A stretch of 64,000 bases of DNA. Source: Hamiltosporidium tvaerminnensis FI-OER-3-3. Lineage: Eukaryota > Fungi > Microsporidia. Every line of letters starts with the position of its first letter. Positions within the stretch are counted from its first letter, which is position 1. The position numbers and the translations under genes are program-made. The stretch is from assembly GCA_022605425.2 (NCBI GenBank), contig JAKIMF020000004.1, positions 434,001-498,000 of the forward strand. The letters are read 5' to 3'. Under the pieces are notes generated by a model. It was not told the origin of the DNA. It made no database searches and saw nothing but the letters and a program-made list of their open reading frames with translations. This document shows, one piece after another, positions 35,618 through 45,943 of the stretch.

Positions 35618-37189
35618 TTATTTTTGTACCTTTTGAAGTTTCCTTTTATTGACTCTTCCTAGTAATTTTTTAGTAGAAACCAACGGAAAATTATTTGTAT
35701 TTTCTTTATCAAATAATAAACTTATAGGCCATATTTCTTGGAAACTAGTGATTTCAGCATCTTCATCCTCAATTACCCCATAAGAATCTCTTATTAACCT
35801 GTTGTAGAGTTGTTTTGGAGAATAGGAATTCTCTCCTAGGTATAGTGCCATCACACCTGTAACATGAGGTGCAGCCATAGATGTTCCAGAAACTACTCGA
35901 TAGTCTTTGTTTATCCAAGAACTTAAAATTTCAAATCCAGGTGCAAACAAATCAACGCAAGAACCCCAGTTGCTAAAAAAAGCAATTTTATCATATTGAG
36001 TACTCGCTCCAACCGTTAGAGCATTTTTTGATGAACCTGGGGAATATAAACAAGCGTCTTCGTGGTCATTCCCTGCAGCAACTGAAAAGTGTATACCTAA
36101 CATTGTGGCATAGTCTATAGTAAATTCCATGGCTTTACTTCTTAATCCACCCACACTCATACTAACAACAGTTTTTGGTTTAATCTCTTCTATATTCATG
36201 TATTCTTCAAGAGAAGTTAGAAATTTATCTTTGTCTTTCTCTATTACTTGAAAATCGGCCTCATTGATTTCTTTTATGAATTGGTATTCTTCTGATTCAT
36301 CAATTTCTACTGGAACCCTGTGTTTCTTAAACATTTTAGGATTGCGATTTCTTATTTTTACACTGTTAAGAAATTTTTTTCTTGTAATTTCGGACATCTC
36401 ATCTATTTTCTTGGAATGTTCTCGTATTACATAATCAATTCCTAGTAAAAGTCTTGATATCATTCCTATACCAGCTTTGTTCAGTGCCTTAACCGCAATT
36501 AAATTTGCCTTCTTTGATATCCCCACATTTTTTCCGGCGATTACACCTGCACAGTGGGTTCCGTGCCCATTTTCATCGGTGTCCGGTGATTTTTCAATCA
36601 AATTTATACCCCATTTCGCTCTTCCTTTAAACTCGGGATGATCAATTTCAATACCAGTATCAATAATGTATACATCTACACCTTCTCCAGCAGAGGAAGG
36701 ATATTTATATAAACTCTTGAATGAATATTTCTCTCCATCACTAATTCTAGTAATTCCCCACGGGGCATTCATTTGCGTCAAAATTATTTCATCTTCGTCA
36801 TTTTTTGATTCAAAAAACAAATCTTTCACCTTAAAATAAGGCACTTTTGAATCAACTATTGAGTTAATAACTACTTCTCTATCCCTTTCTACAAGTTCTA
36901 CTAGAGGATCATTTTCAATTATCCTAGCTGTTTTATCACATAATATTCCAATATATCCATTTCTCATCTTATTCACTACTTTGTCTTGCTTAGTAAATAC
37001 ATTGTTCTTCATATTTTCGTAAATACTCGTATAAACATTTTCTTCTTCTTTATAGGCATCCTTGCCAGTATCACTCCCTATCATAGGCCTTTTGTACAAG
37101 ACAATATATTGATTACTACTTCCTAAGCAGGAATTTGTTTTCCATAGAAGAAACACAGCTAAAAATTTCATTCGTAGAATAAAATACAT
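35618..37189 (-). CDS. Subtilisin-like serine protease (S8, proteinase K type) with signal peptide and I9 propeptide
   Basis: Catalytic motifs VYIIDTGI, NGHGTHCAG, VAAGN and SGTSMAAPHV. Propeptide YIVLYK..DPLVELVERD. Confidence 0.97.
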   Translation of the reverse strand: MYFILRMKFLAVFLLWKTNSCLGSSNQYIVLYKRPMIGSDTGKDAYKEEENVYTSIYENMKNNVFTKQDKVVNKMRNGYIGILCDKTARIIENDPLVELVERDREVVINSIVDSKVPYFKVKDLFFESKNDEDEIILTQMNAPWGITRISDGEKYSFKSLYKYPSSAGEGVDVYIIDTGIEIDHPEFKGRAKWGINLIEKSPDTDENGHGTHCAGVIAGKNVGISKKANLIAVKALNKAGIGMISRLLLGIDYVIREHSKKIDEMSEITRKKFLNSVKIRNRNPKMFKKHRVPVEIDESEEYQFIKEINEADFQVIEKDKDKFLTSLEEYMNIEEIKPKTVVSMSVGGLRSKAMEFTIDYATMLGIHFSVAAGNDHEDACLYSPGSSKNALTVGASTQYDKIAFFSNWGSCVDLFAPGFEILSSWINKDYRVVSGTSMAAPHVTGVMALYLGENSYSPKQLYNRLIRDSYGVIEDEDAEITSFQEIWPISLLFDKENTNNFPLVSTKKLLGRVNKRKLQKVQK

Positions 37190-37542
37190 TGTTTATATTT
37201 TGTTTACAAAATAAATTTCTTTTCTTTGAAACAAATTTTTATAAATGTTTCATGCAAATTTATTTCAACAATATTCTTAAAATACAATTTACTAAAAAAA
37301 ATTCAAATTTTTATAAATCTTTCATTTAAGTTTATTTGTACGATAACATCTTTTACAACGTGGATTACCAGAATAAATACAAAAAGTGTTACGATGAATT
37401 ATAAAAAAGTTATAAACTTAAATTTGATAACAGACTAACTAAATTTCTTATATTTCCCAACCCTAGATACCAGTTAAAATTAATTTTTTCTGTATAATTA
37501 AAATTTGTAAATTAACTATGAACAATTATATAATTCATTCAC

Positions 37543-38256
37543 TAGTGGAGGGAAGATAAGCAAATAAAAAAACAACCAGCTTGGCGAGGAATATGTGAAA
37601 CTGGTGTAAAGCTCATTGTTTGTATTTTCGGTGGTAATAAAACCACAGTACATTTTCCGTTGTTCTATGGGAGTTGTTATGAAGAGGAAAGGTCTAACAA
37701 AGGGCGAAACTTTTTCTAAAAATTTATTTGTAATTTTTTATGTGACTAGATTGGAGACTGCAGCTGAACATGTAGGTAATTGCCATGCAAAAGAATGGAA
37801 ACCTAGTTTGCTTACTCGGGTTAGAAGACTTAGCGCCTGGGAGATATAAAAATCAAAACCATTAAAAGCTGGGAGAGCTAAGTAGCAGGTTATACCTGTT
37901 GATATGACATTGCACTGTCTAGGTGGACCTCATGTAAGTCTCTGAAATATATCTTAGCTAGAAGTTTATTGGGTTCAGAAAGTGTAGAGTAAGTGGGGAA
38001 TCTGGATAGTCTTGGGGGAGCCAGGGGCTTCGATCACACTCCATGCAACGGACATTAACGAACACCGGGCAACTGTCTCGCCCATTAATTAGGTTCTACA
38101 CACCGATATATGAAAGGCTTTGGTACGTAGGTATGGTAGGCGGTACTGATGGAGGGGTGGGGTAACAGTTATTTATGTCAAACCTAGAACTACGGTAATG
38201 CCACGAAAACAAATATAACACTTGCTAGTATTTAAAAAAGATGTGATACTCTAAAA
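37543..38256 (+). repeat. Structured ~716-nt element, copy C
   Basis: Runs TAGTGGAGGGAAG to GATGTGATACTCTAAAA. Core block at 37940-37970. Confidence 0.92.
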
Positions 38257-39368
38257 TGTTGTTATTATTTTCATTATTTTATATTTTAAAATTAAAAAAG
38301 GAGGTGGCAAGATAAATAAAACCAATACAGAACATTCTTTTATTTATAAAAACAATTATTTTCATTATATCAAATGAACGATAAGCAGGAATACGATCTC
38401 TTTGTTAGATAAGCACTTCAAACTTAGCTGCTTTCCAGGAAATTAAGGCGTGTGTTTAAATATTTTTTTATAAATTGATAGATTATGAAAAATAATCAAA
38501 AATGAATATAGAACAAATTTAAATCGACTTTTTAAATTATTATATGATTTTTCACAATTAAATGGAAAAAAATATCAGCAACTCACACCTTTTACAAATA
38601 TTCTTTAAATATAAATCAAAATAAAACATTTATTGGAATAAAGATTTGATATTATTCGCATTATTTGACAAAATAAATATAAGTTTAAGTAAGAAAAAAT
38701 AGATTAAAATATCTTATAGTAGTAAATTTACGAACATTCTACAATTTTAAGCAAAAATACACTCGAATCGTATTTTTCAAGTCTGAACAAAAAGATCATA
38801 TTGTGAGTAATTTGTATTTGAATATTTACTTTTTTCTAAAGTATAATTTATGTAACGAATGACGCATAATTTATAGTGAGAGAACACATGGACAACTAAG
38901 ACATTAACAATTTATTACCTGTAGTATTTAAAAGAAAGTTTAAATGATTTATTCTTATAGGATTGTTGAAGTGAATATCGGAAGCCAATATTTATTGCAT
39001 CTAAGAATGGATTTCCAGTGTGGTTTAACAGCGGAAACATGAGAAATCAATACTGCACAAATCATATATTCAGATCCGAAACAATAAACCAAGCCATTTA
39101 AATCCTTAGGAGAAACCTTTTTTCGAACCAAATACGAAATTGAAACGTATTTTAAGTATAGAAGGCAAAAAATATAAGATTTTTTCGTTGATGAGTAAAT
39201 TACGATATGGATAAAGAAATCCATGAAAACATAATAAAAGTTACAACTAGTTTTTTGAACAAATATAGATTTTAGGATTTTTATACTTTAAAACGATATA
39301 ATGAAACTCGGTTATCACCTTTAGATAAAATAATATAGAAAAGTTATAGTAAATAAAATTTATAGACA

Positions 39369-41711
39369 TTAGAACTGATATATTAGTTGGTCATTTTCAT
39401 ACCAGACTATTTTATTTTCGATTTCAATGCCTGAAAGCTCTTTAAAATGATGAATAGATTCATTCAGGCTATACTTTCCATCAAAATACAGTTTTATCTT
39501 TTGTTTAAAAGAACTCGCACTAAACAATCGAAAAAAATTAATAAGATTGAAATTCAGATGCGCACCGTAAATCCCTAAAACTTTTAAATGTTTAAGATTA
39601 GATATAAAAACAATGTCTAGGTTTCTTATGGGAATATCTTGCAGAATAATTTTTTCTAGTGAATATTCCTTTTTTCTATCAAATAATTCAGAAAAATAAA
39701 TTTTTTTACATTTTGAATGATACACAGCCAAAACACGTAAAGTTATACAATTAGCCAATGATTTCTTGTCCATAGATTCTATTTTAAAAGAATCTATCGC
39801 TAGCCATTTTAAATTGTTAAATCGTTTGTTGAAAAATAATTTGTGAAGAGAACCAGCCTGAGAAGGAACAATAAGCTTAAGAATAATAATTGAAGATAGG
39901 CCCGTGAAAGCTAAATAATCGGAAATATAGTTACCTATTTCGCCAATATGAAAATATTCCAAATTATCTAACTTCATTCTATTTTTTTTAAAAATTTTCA
40001 AACAAAAAGAAAAATTATCATTAGAATGGAAAATAAATTTTTTTACATTCGGCATAGAATTTATGAATTCAAATATTCCATTTGGATTTTCAAATTTACA
40101 GGCTGTAATAACCAATTCATGCATTATTAAATGGTTTGCATAACTTCTAGGTTGTTTTCTAAATATTAAACTAGATGCTGATATTTTAATTTGTTTTAAG
40201 TTTGGAAATAATAAAATATTACTTAAAAATGTATCGGTTAATTTGGATTTACAAATACCTAGGAACTTTATATTGTTACTTATATCCAAACTTTGAATCT
40301 TTAACTCATTCATGGAAATATCATGGAAACATAAGCCTATTTTTTCAGTTTTTCCAAGATTTAAAATGGAAAGTTTGAATGCTACAAAGAAATCGAAAAT
40401 TATTTTGTATGAAAAATACATTTGATATTTAGTGCAATTCAAAGCTTCCTGTGAAATTGAATTTCTATTTTCATTTATAATTTTTTTTACATCAAAAGTT
40501 TCAAACTTGTATGGTCTATTAGAACTGCAATATAAATATTTAGAAAATTCCCTACTTTTGATAATATCATTCAATATAGAAACCAAACTTTGTATATAAG
40601 CAAATGTTGTGTAAGAAATAACCGTGGATTCGAAGGAACAGCGGAAAATATAAATACTTTCTAATGATAAAAACTTTTCGAAAAATTTTTCTGAGAAAGA
40701 AGAAAATTGGCAATCATAGAAAAATAAAATTTTAGCCATTTCAAAAATCTCAGCTTCAAGGATATGTTCGAGGAATTTATTGTCCTTCCAAGCATAAAAG
40801 CAAAGTTCCTCACATGATCTGCAAAATCTTGATAAAGAAACACTCAAAACAATATCTTTTGATTGATAATAATATAGAGCAACTCTATGAGGTTGGATTA
40901 GCCTGAAAATTTTTTCAAAAGCATAAATGAATTTAATATCGCATCTTATACGCTTTCTAGTTTCATCGTTAAACTCCGAAGTAAGATAAAAGAAATCTTT
41001 ATTGGAGCAAAAATTCGAACTACTGTTTTGAATTATTTTTTTTCTAATATTTTTTTCCGGGATTTCTTCGAACAATGACTCTAAATCAAATAAATATATT
41101 TTGCCGAATTCATATATAATACTTTTAAATACAGATGATGAAGTGGTGATTTTTTTAACCAAATCGCCATTCGAAATTTTTTTTTCGTTATTTAAAATAG
41201 CTGAAAGCATAATGATTCGAACAAACTGATTAAAAATTTCATCTTTTTTAAACTTAAATATATCAAGTATATGAATCAACAGTACATAATCTGTTACTTT
41301 CAAGTTTTCTTTGATATCGTGTATGTAATTTAAGCTTTTCAAAAAATATAAAAAATCCCTATATTTTAATAGACTTGATCTAATATAGATGTTTATCCTT
41401 TTTTCTGTTTCATTATTAAGCTTAAAACTCAATAGAAATCTTTTTCTATTGGTAATTGTGTGGTTAATACAATCAATACACTCTTCGTGTTTAAAACAGT
41501 TATATCTTCGTTTTACAAACCCTGAAAAATATTCCTTTTCTCCTTTATTGCGAGTAAGATTTGATTCCTGTTCGTTAGATTCGTTATAGAAATGTAAAAC
41601 GATTGGATTATCTGCCTTTAAAGTTGCAAATAGACAAATAAATAAGAAAATACTCATTATTTTGATATTATGACCGATCCTTAGATATAATATCATGTTC
41701 GAAATATTCAT
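39369..41711 (-). CDS. Signal-peptide + putative BTB-like + LRR family protein
   Basis: Hydrophobic SIFLFICLFATLKA. LRR-like repeats FPNLKQIKISAS, LDNLEYFHI, FNNLKWLAI and LKHLKVLGI. ATG at 41711 after CCCC. Confidence 0.82.
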   Translation of the reverse strand: MNISNMILYLRIGHNIKIMSIFLFICLFATLKADNPIVLHFYNESNEQESNLTRNKGEKEYFSGFVKRRYNCFKHEECIDCINHTITNRKRFLLSFKLNNETEKRINIYIRSSLLKYRDFLYFLKSLNYIHDIKENLKVTDYVLLIHILDIFKFKKDEIFNQFVRIIMLSAILNNEKKISNGDLVKKITTSSSVFKSIIYEFGKIYLFDLESLFEEIPEKNIRKKIIQNSSSNFCSNKDFFYLTSEFNDETRKRIRCDIKFIYAFEKIFRLIQPHRVALYYYQSKDIVLSVSLSRFCRSCEELCFYAWKDNKFLEHILEAEIFEMAKILFFYDCQFSSFSEKFFEKFLSLESIYIFRCSFESTVISYTTFAYIQSLVSILNDIIKSREFSKYLYCSSNRPYKFETFDVKKIINENRNSISQEALNCTKYQMYFSYKIIFDFFVAFKLSILNLGKTEKIGLCFHDISMNELKIQSLDISNNIKFLGICKSKLTDTFLSNILLFPNLKQIKISASSLIFRKQPRSYANHLIMHELVITACKFENPNGIFEFINSMPNVKKFIFHSNDNFSFCLKIFKKNRMKLDNLEYFHIGEIGNYISDYLAFTGLSSIIILKLIVPSQAGSLHKLFFNKRFNNLKWLAIDSFKIESMDKKSLANCITLRVLAVYHSKCKKIYFSELFDRKKEYSLEKIILQDIPIRNLDIVFISNLKHLKVLGIYGAHLNFNLINFFRLFSASSFKQKIKLYFDGKYSLNESIHHFKELSGIEIENKIVWYENDQLIYQF

Positions 41712-42004
41712 CAAGGGGTTTAAGTTAATTTAATAAATATTTAATTTCGTTTTAATTTAATTTAATCAAAAATATTTAATTTAATCATGACATTAATACA
41801 TTGGAAAATTCTAATCTTCTCTTTTAAAATCTTAAAAACTTTTTAACCGGAACTCTTATTTGGTAAAAACAGGCAGTATGTTACTAAAACATTATCATCT
41901 ACAATAAAAGAAATTTAGGATGTAAAAAAAGAGAAAATTAAGAAATTTTGTTTAATCATTAAATTACTCTTCTTTAAAATCTTAATTTTTCTATTTAATT
42001 ATAT

Positions 42005-42672
42005 TAATAAGTATTTTTTTTTCAAACATTTCTGGGCTTGTAACAATCCTTCCCCCATTTTATGACGTTTCTTCTACTTTATACTCCTTTTATTTCTTTT
42101 AAATTCGACTCTAGATTTATATTTATTATTGGTTCTTCTTCGATTTCGGTTTCTTGTATAACCTCTATAGATACTCTGTCTCATATATCTTTGCATTCAA
42201 ACCTGACTCGAATCCATCTTCGTCGATTAAAAGAAATTGTTTCACCCGTCATTACAAGCCCTATGATCTAAAAATATGTCTCTACAATCATAAGTATTTC
42301 CAGTCTTTTAATATACATGTTAGGTTAATTTATCACAACATTGGCCAGGATTATCACATAAAAAATTATCTCAACAATAAACGTATAAATATTTGGCGCA
42401 ATTATTGGCTACTAGGTCACACTTCATATTTTTTCATTTTAAACTATTCGAAGTGAATTTCGAATAGTTATTACTGCTCAATTGAGGTTCATTATATTTT
42501 TACTTTTATAAAAACAATTATGTCCGATATATTATTCCGAATTTGGTATCGGTTTTTATTATGGTATCCACTCTTATTTCCCCACAATCGTTTTGAAACA
42601 TTTCTTGAATCAAGTAATTTCTAATTCGTTATGCGACCTAAATTTGTATCCGTTTAGAAGGGATCTGCATTA
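42005..42672 (-). mobile_element. Degenerate RLE retrotransposon, 5'-truncated 3' fragment
   Basis: Minus strand gives LNGYKF, IQEMFQNDCGEIRVDTIIKTD, KCDLVAN, RLEILMIVETY and GETISFNRRR. Confidence 0.78.
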
Positions 42673-42906
42673 CGAAATATAAAATTAAATTTTTGTAAAA
42701 TAGATTTAACTAAACAAAGAATTTTTAATTTACTCTTCTCATTTCACATTTTATCTTTGCTTCAAATTAAAGTTTAGTTATTACTTTTATATTTCTTTCT
42801 TATTCAATATTTTTATATTTTTTATTTTCTTAACTCCACAAATATATTTTTTCCGTTCATTTCTCTGTAATTTTTTCTTTATAAATTATAAGTTTTAATC
42901 CCCATT

Positions 42907-43476
42907 ATGACAGATTATAACGTACTAATTTCAACAGTAAAAAACGAAAATAGCGAAAATACAATATTACTATGTAAAGAATTACAAAAGATAATTCCAA
43001 ATTCAATTTACACACAAGATATACTTACAACACCAATAAAGATACAAATACTAGAACATAACAAACTTCCTTACACTATAAAAATCGCATATAAAGATAT
43101 AAAATATGATTTTAAAATAATCGAATATAAATCGACCAAAGCACTTAACAATCAAAATCAAATCAGTGGATACAATCCCCAACTAGTCGTTAACAATTTT
43201 AATACCGATATCGGAACAAATATACTTAATATTCTTATGGAATTATTTCCATACGATTTTAGCGCACGAAACAGACAAGTAGTGAATTTTACTAATAAAA
43301 ATGATTATATTTTCTTTAGAATGTATAGATATATTTTTAAAGAAGATAGTAGTATTGATTTTGCTGAAATTGGTCCAAGATTGATACTTAAATTGTCTAA
43401 AATAATAGATAATGAAAATACTTTCAATATTAAATACAGTTCTAAGAAATATTCAAGTGAAACAGCAATCATTTAA
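42907..43476 (+). CDS. RPF1: Brix-domain ribosome biogenesis protein, Rpf1-like
   Basis: PQLVVNNFNT, RQVVNFTNKNDYIFFRMYRYIF and EIGPRLILKL. RQV and DYIFFR favour Rpf1 over Imp4. Confidence 0.8.
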   Translation: MTDYNVLISTVKNENSENTILLCKELQKIIPNSIYTQDILTTPIKIQILEHNKLPYTIKIAYKDIKYDFKIIEYKSTKALNNQNQISGYNPQLVVNNFNTDIGTNILNILMELFPYDFSARNRQVVNFTNKNDYIFFRMYRYIFKEDSSIDFAEIGPRLILKLSKIIDNENTFNIKYSSKKYSSETAII

Positions 43477-43824
43477 TTTCATAGGAAATAATTTATATTA
43501 AATTTATATTTAACATTCACTTTCTAATTTTTATTTATATTTTCAATAATTAATCATATTTTTTTACCTTTTTTAAAAACTTATATTTCCATTTAATAAA
43601 CACTTAACTCTTAATTAAATTACATATTATAAATCTTCATTATCATTACGTATGTCACTATTTGTTCTCCTCTATTTTTTATTTATGTTCCTTCATATTA
43701 TTTAATGTATTTTCATATTCGTCTATTTTTCTTAATATTTATTTCCCTCTTCGTCTTTGTATTCCATTTTTTTTCGTTATTTTTCACGGTTTTAAATACA
43801 TTTTATTACCCCTTTTAGTAATCA

Positions 43825-45039
43825 ATGTTTATTATTGCTGGATGTACTGGTATTGGTAAAACAGAAATAGCGAATTTATTATCAAAAAAATATTCTTTAC
43901 TTTTGATATCTTGTGACTCAATACAAATATACAAAGATATGAATATAGGATCAAATAAAGGTACTTCTAATACAAATCATAGTTTAATTGATATATCTTG
44001 TTGGAAAGAAAGATTTAATTTGTACAAATTTGAACAGAAATTGTTAGAAATATTAAATGAAAATAAAGATAATAAAATACCTTGTATTGTAGGTGGAACT
44101 GGTTTATATTTAATAAATATTCAAAGTGAATATAAGATAGAATATGTAAATAATAAGAGATATACTAATACTATGGAATCTAAAGATATTAGTAATAGAT
44201 ACATTAATACTATGGACTCTAATGATATTAGTAATAGATATATTAATACTATGGAATCTAATGATATAAATAATAATAGATCTATTAATACTATGGAATC
44301 TAATGATATTAGTAAAAGTAAATACATTGATAATAAAAATAATGAATATATCAATGATAAAGAATCAAAAGATATATCAAATAACAATTATATTTCAAAT
44401 GAATTCAACTATTTAGGGAATAAAATAATTAAATGTAATTTTAAGTTTTTCCTTACTACAAAACGAGAAATTCTTTACAGAAAAGTGGATAAAAGATGTG
44501 AAGAAATGATATTAAATGGATTTTTATATGAAATTATTACTCTTTATTTTGAGGGATTAAACGATAATTATATATCAGGAAGATCCATCGGTTATAGAGA
44601 TGGTTTAGATTTTATTAATAAATTATATCAAAGAATCAAAGAACATAGTTTTGATAAATCTGAAATATTTCAGGATTTGGGATATTTTGTTGAGAATTTT
44701 AAAGAATTTTTAGAGATTTTTAAGCGCAAAACAAGAAATTACATTGCAAGACAAGAATGTTGGTATAAAAATAGAGGATATATTTGGATAGATTGTAGTA
44801 AATACAATGCTTATGATATCATTTCAAAATGTATAGAATATTTGACAGATAAAAACTTAAATTTTAATGAAATAGATTGTTTCCTAAAGGATATACATAA
44901 GAATTCAATTGAGGTAAATAAAAATTCCTTTAAATTATTAAAAAGATATAACAGTAACAATGAATGTTTTAATAATAATTTCAACTTTGATAAATTTATC
45001 AAAGATTTGATTGAAAAACTAATAAATTTTAATAAATAA
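43825..45039 (+). CDS. MOD5: tRNA dimethylallyltransferase (MiaA/Mod5/TRIT1 family)
   Basis: P-loop GCTGIGKT, DSIQIYKDMNIGS, VGGTGLY, LYRKVDKRCEEM, SIGY and TRNYIARQECW. Confidence 0.92.
   Translation: MFIIAGCTGIGKTEIANLLSKKYSLLLISCDSIQIYKDMNIGSNKGTSNTNHSLIDISCWKERFNLYKFEQKLLEILNENKDNKIPCIVGGTGLYLINIQSEYKIEYVNNKRYTNTMESKDISNRYINTMDSNDISNRYINTMESNDINNNRSINTMESNDISKSKYIDNKNNEYINDKESKDISNNNYISNEFNYLGNKIIKCNFKFFLTTKREILYRKVDKRCEEMILNGFLYEIITLYFEGLNDNYISGRSIGYRDGLDFINKLYQRIKEHSFDKSEIFQDLGYFVENFKEFLEIFKRKTRNYIARQECWYKNRGYIWIDCSKYNAYDIISKCIEYLTDKNLNFNEIDCFLKDIHKNSIEVNKNSFKLLKRYNSNNECFNNNFNFDKFIKDLIEKLINFNK
44158..44316 (+). repeat. In-frame 39-42 bp tandem repeat x4 (RYINTMESNDISN)
   Basis: Units start at 44158, 44197, 44236 and 44278. 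Confidence 0.9.
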
Positions 45040-45319
45040 TTTTTTTTGTTACTTTGATTAACCTTCTTTTGAAATAATGTAACATAAATTACATTGTAGT
45101 TTATTATAAAACGGTTTCAAGTTTTTTCTTAAAAATGTTTAGAATTTAGAAGAATAGATATTCAAATTTACTCAGATTTAAATTCTCATTATAATTTAAT
45201 GATATTTGAAACGATCAAACAAAAAAAAATATTGAGAAATATTATTTGTTTTATTTAACTTTTTAAATAAAGTTTAAATCGAGTATTTCAAAGTATATTT
45301 GATGGATTAATTCCTTGTT

Positions 45320-45437
45320 TGATAAAATTCTGGGTTAAGATATTTTTACCATTTTTATATGTTTTCTTCTACCTCTTTAACCACTGCTGTCTCTTCTTAC
45401 AAATCCGACTCTTCATTTATTTTATTGGTCGTTTGAT
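45320..45437 (-). mobile_element. 3'-terminal fragment of the RLE retrotransposon
   Basis: Reverse complement matches 2580-2698. Confidence 0.6.
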
Positions 45438-45645
45438 AGGTTAAAAATATAATTTAAAAATAAATTTTTGATCGAATTTATATTTTACGCATATTTCTTT
45501 GAATTTAAATATTAAATTTTGATTAATTAAATTAAAAATAGGAAAAACATTAAATGTGTTTTCATTTTTATTTAATTTCGTAAAATCATGTATTAAAGTA
45601 TAAATAGAGATCAAATAAAAAAAAAATGATTTATTGTCATTAGCT

Positions 45646-45880
45646 CACAAAAAAATTACTTAAATAACGAAATTAAGACAGATTTCAAACGGTTAAAGCA
45701 AAAGTCTTTAGGAATATTTAAACACAAAAATTACTTAAATAACGAAATTAAGACAGATTTCAAACAGTTAAAGCAAAAGTCTTTAGGAATATTGAAACAC
45801 AAAAATTACTTAAATAACGAAATAAAGACGGATTTCAAACCTTAAACTAAGTGTCTTAGGAATATTTAAACCGAAAAATT
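45646..45880. repeat. ~76-bp tandem repeat, ~3 copies, downstream of the cullin gene
   Basis: Units CACAAAAAATTACTTAAATAACGAAATTAAGACAGATTTCAAAC... start at 45646, 45723 and 45798. Confidence 0.9.
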
Positions 45881-45943
45881 TACTACGATAAAATAGAAAC
45901 ATTACATAACATTTTTAATATTTTCATTAACCAATAGATGCAT

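Noticed and set aside
37540-37560. The 716-nt element as a Helitron (minus strand ends CTAG|T in copy C)
   Set aside because: No subterminal hairpin and no 5' TC. Copy A has a 14-bp TSD, which Helitrons do not make.
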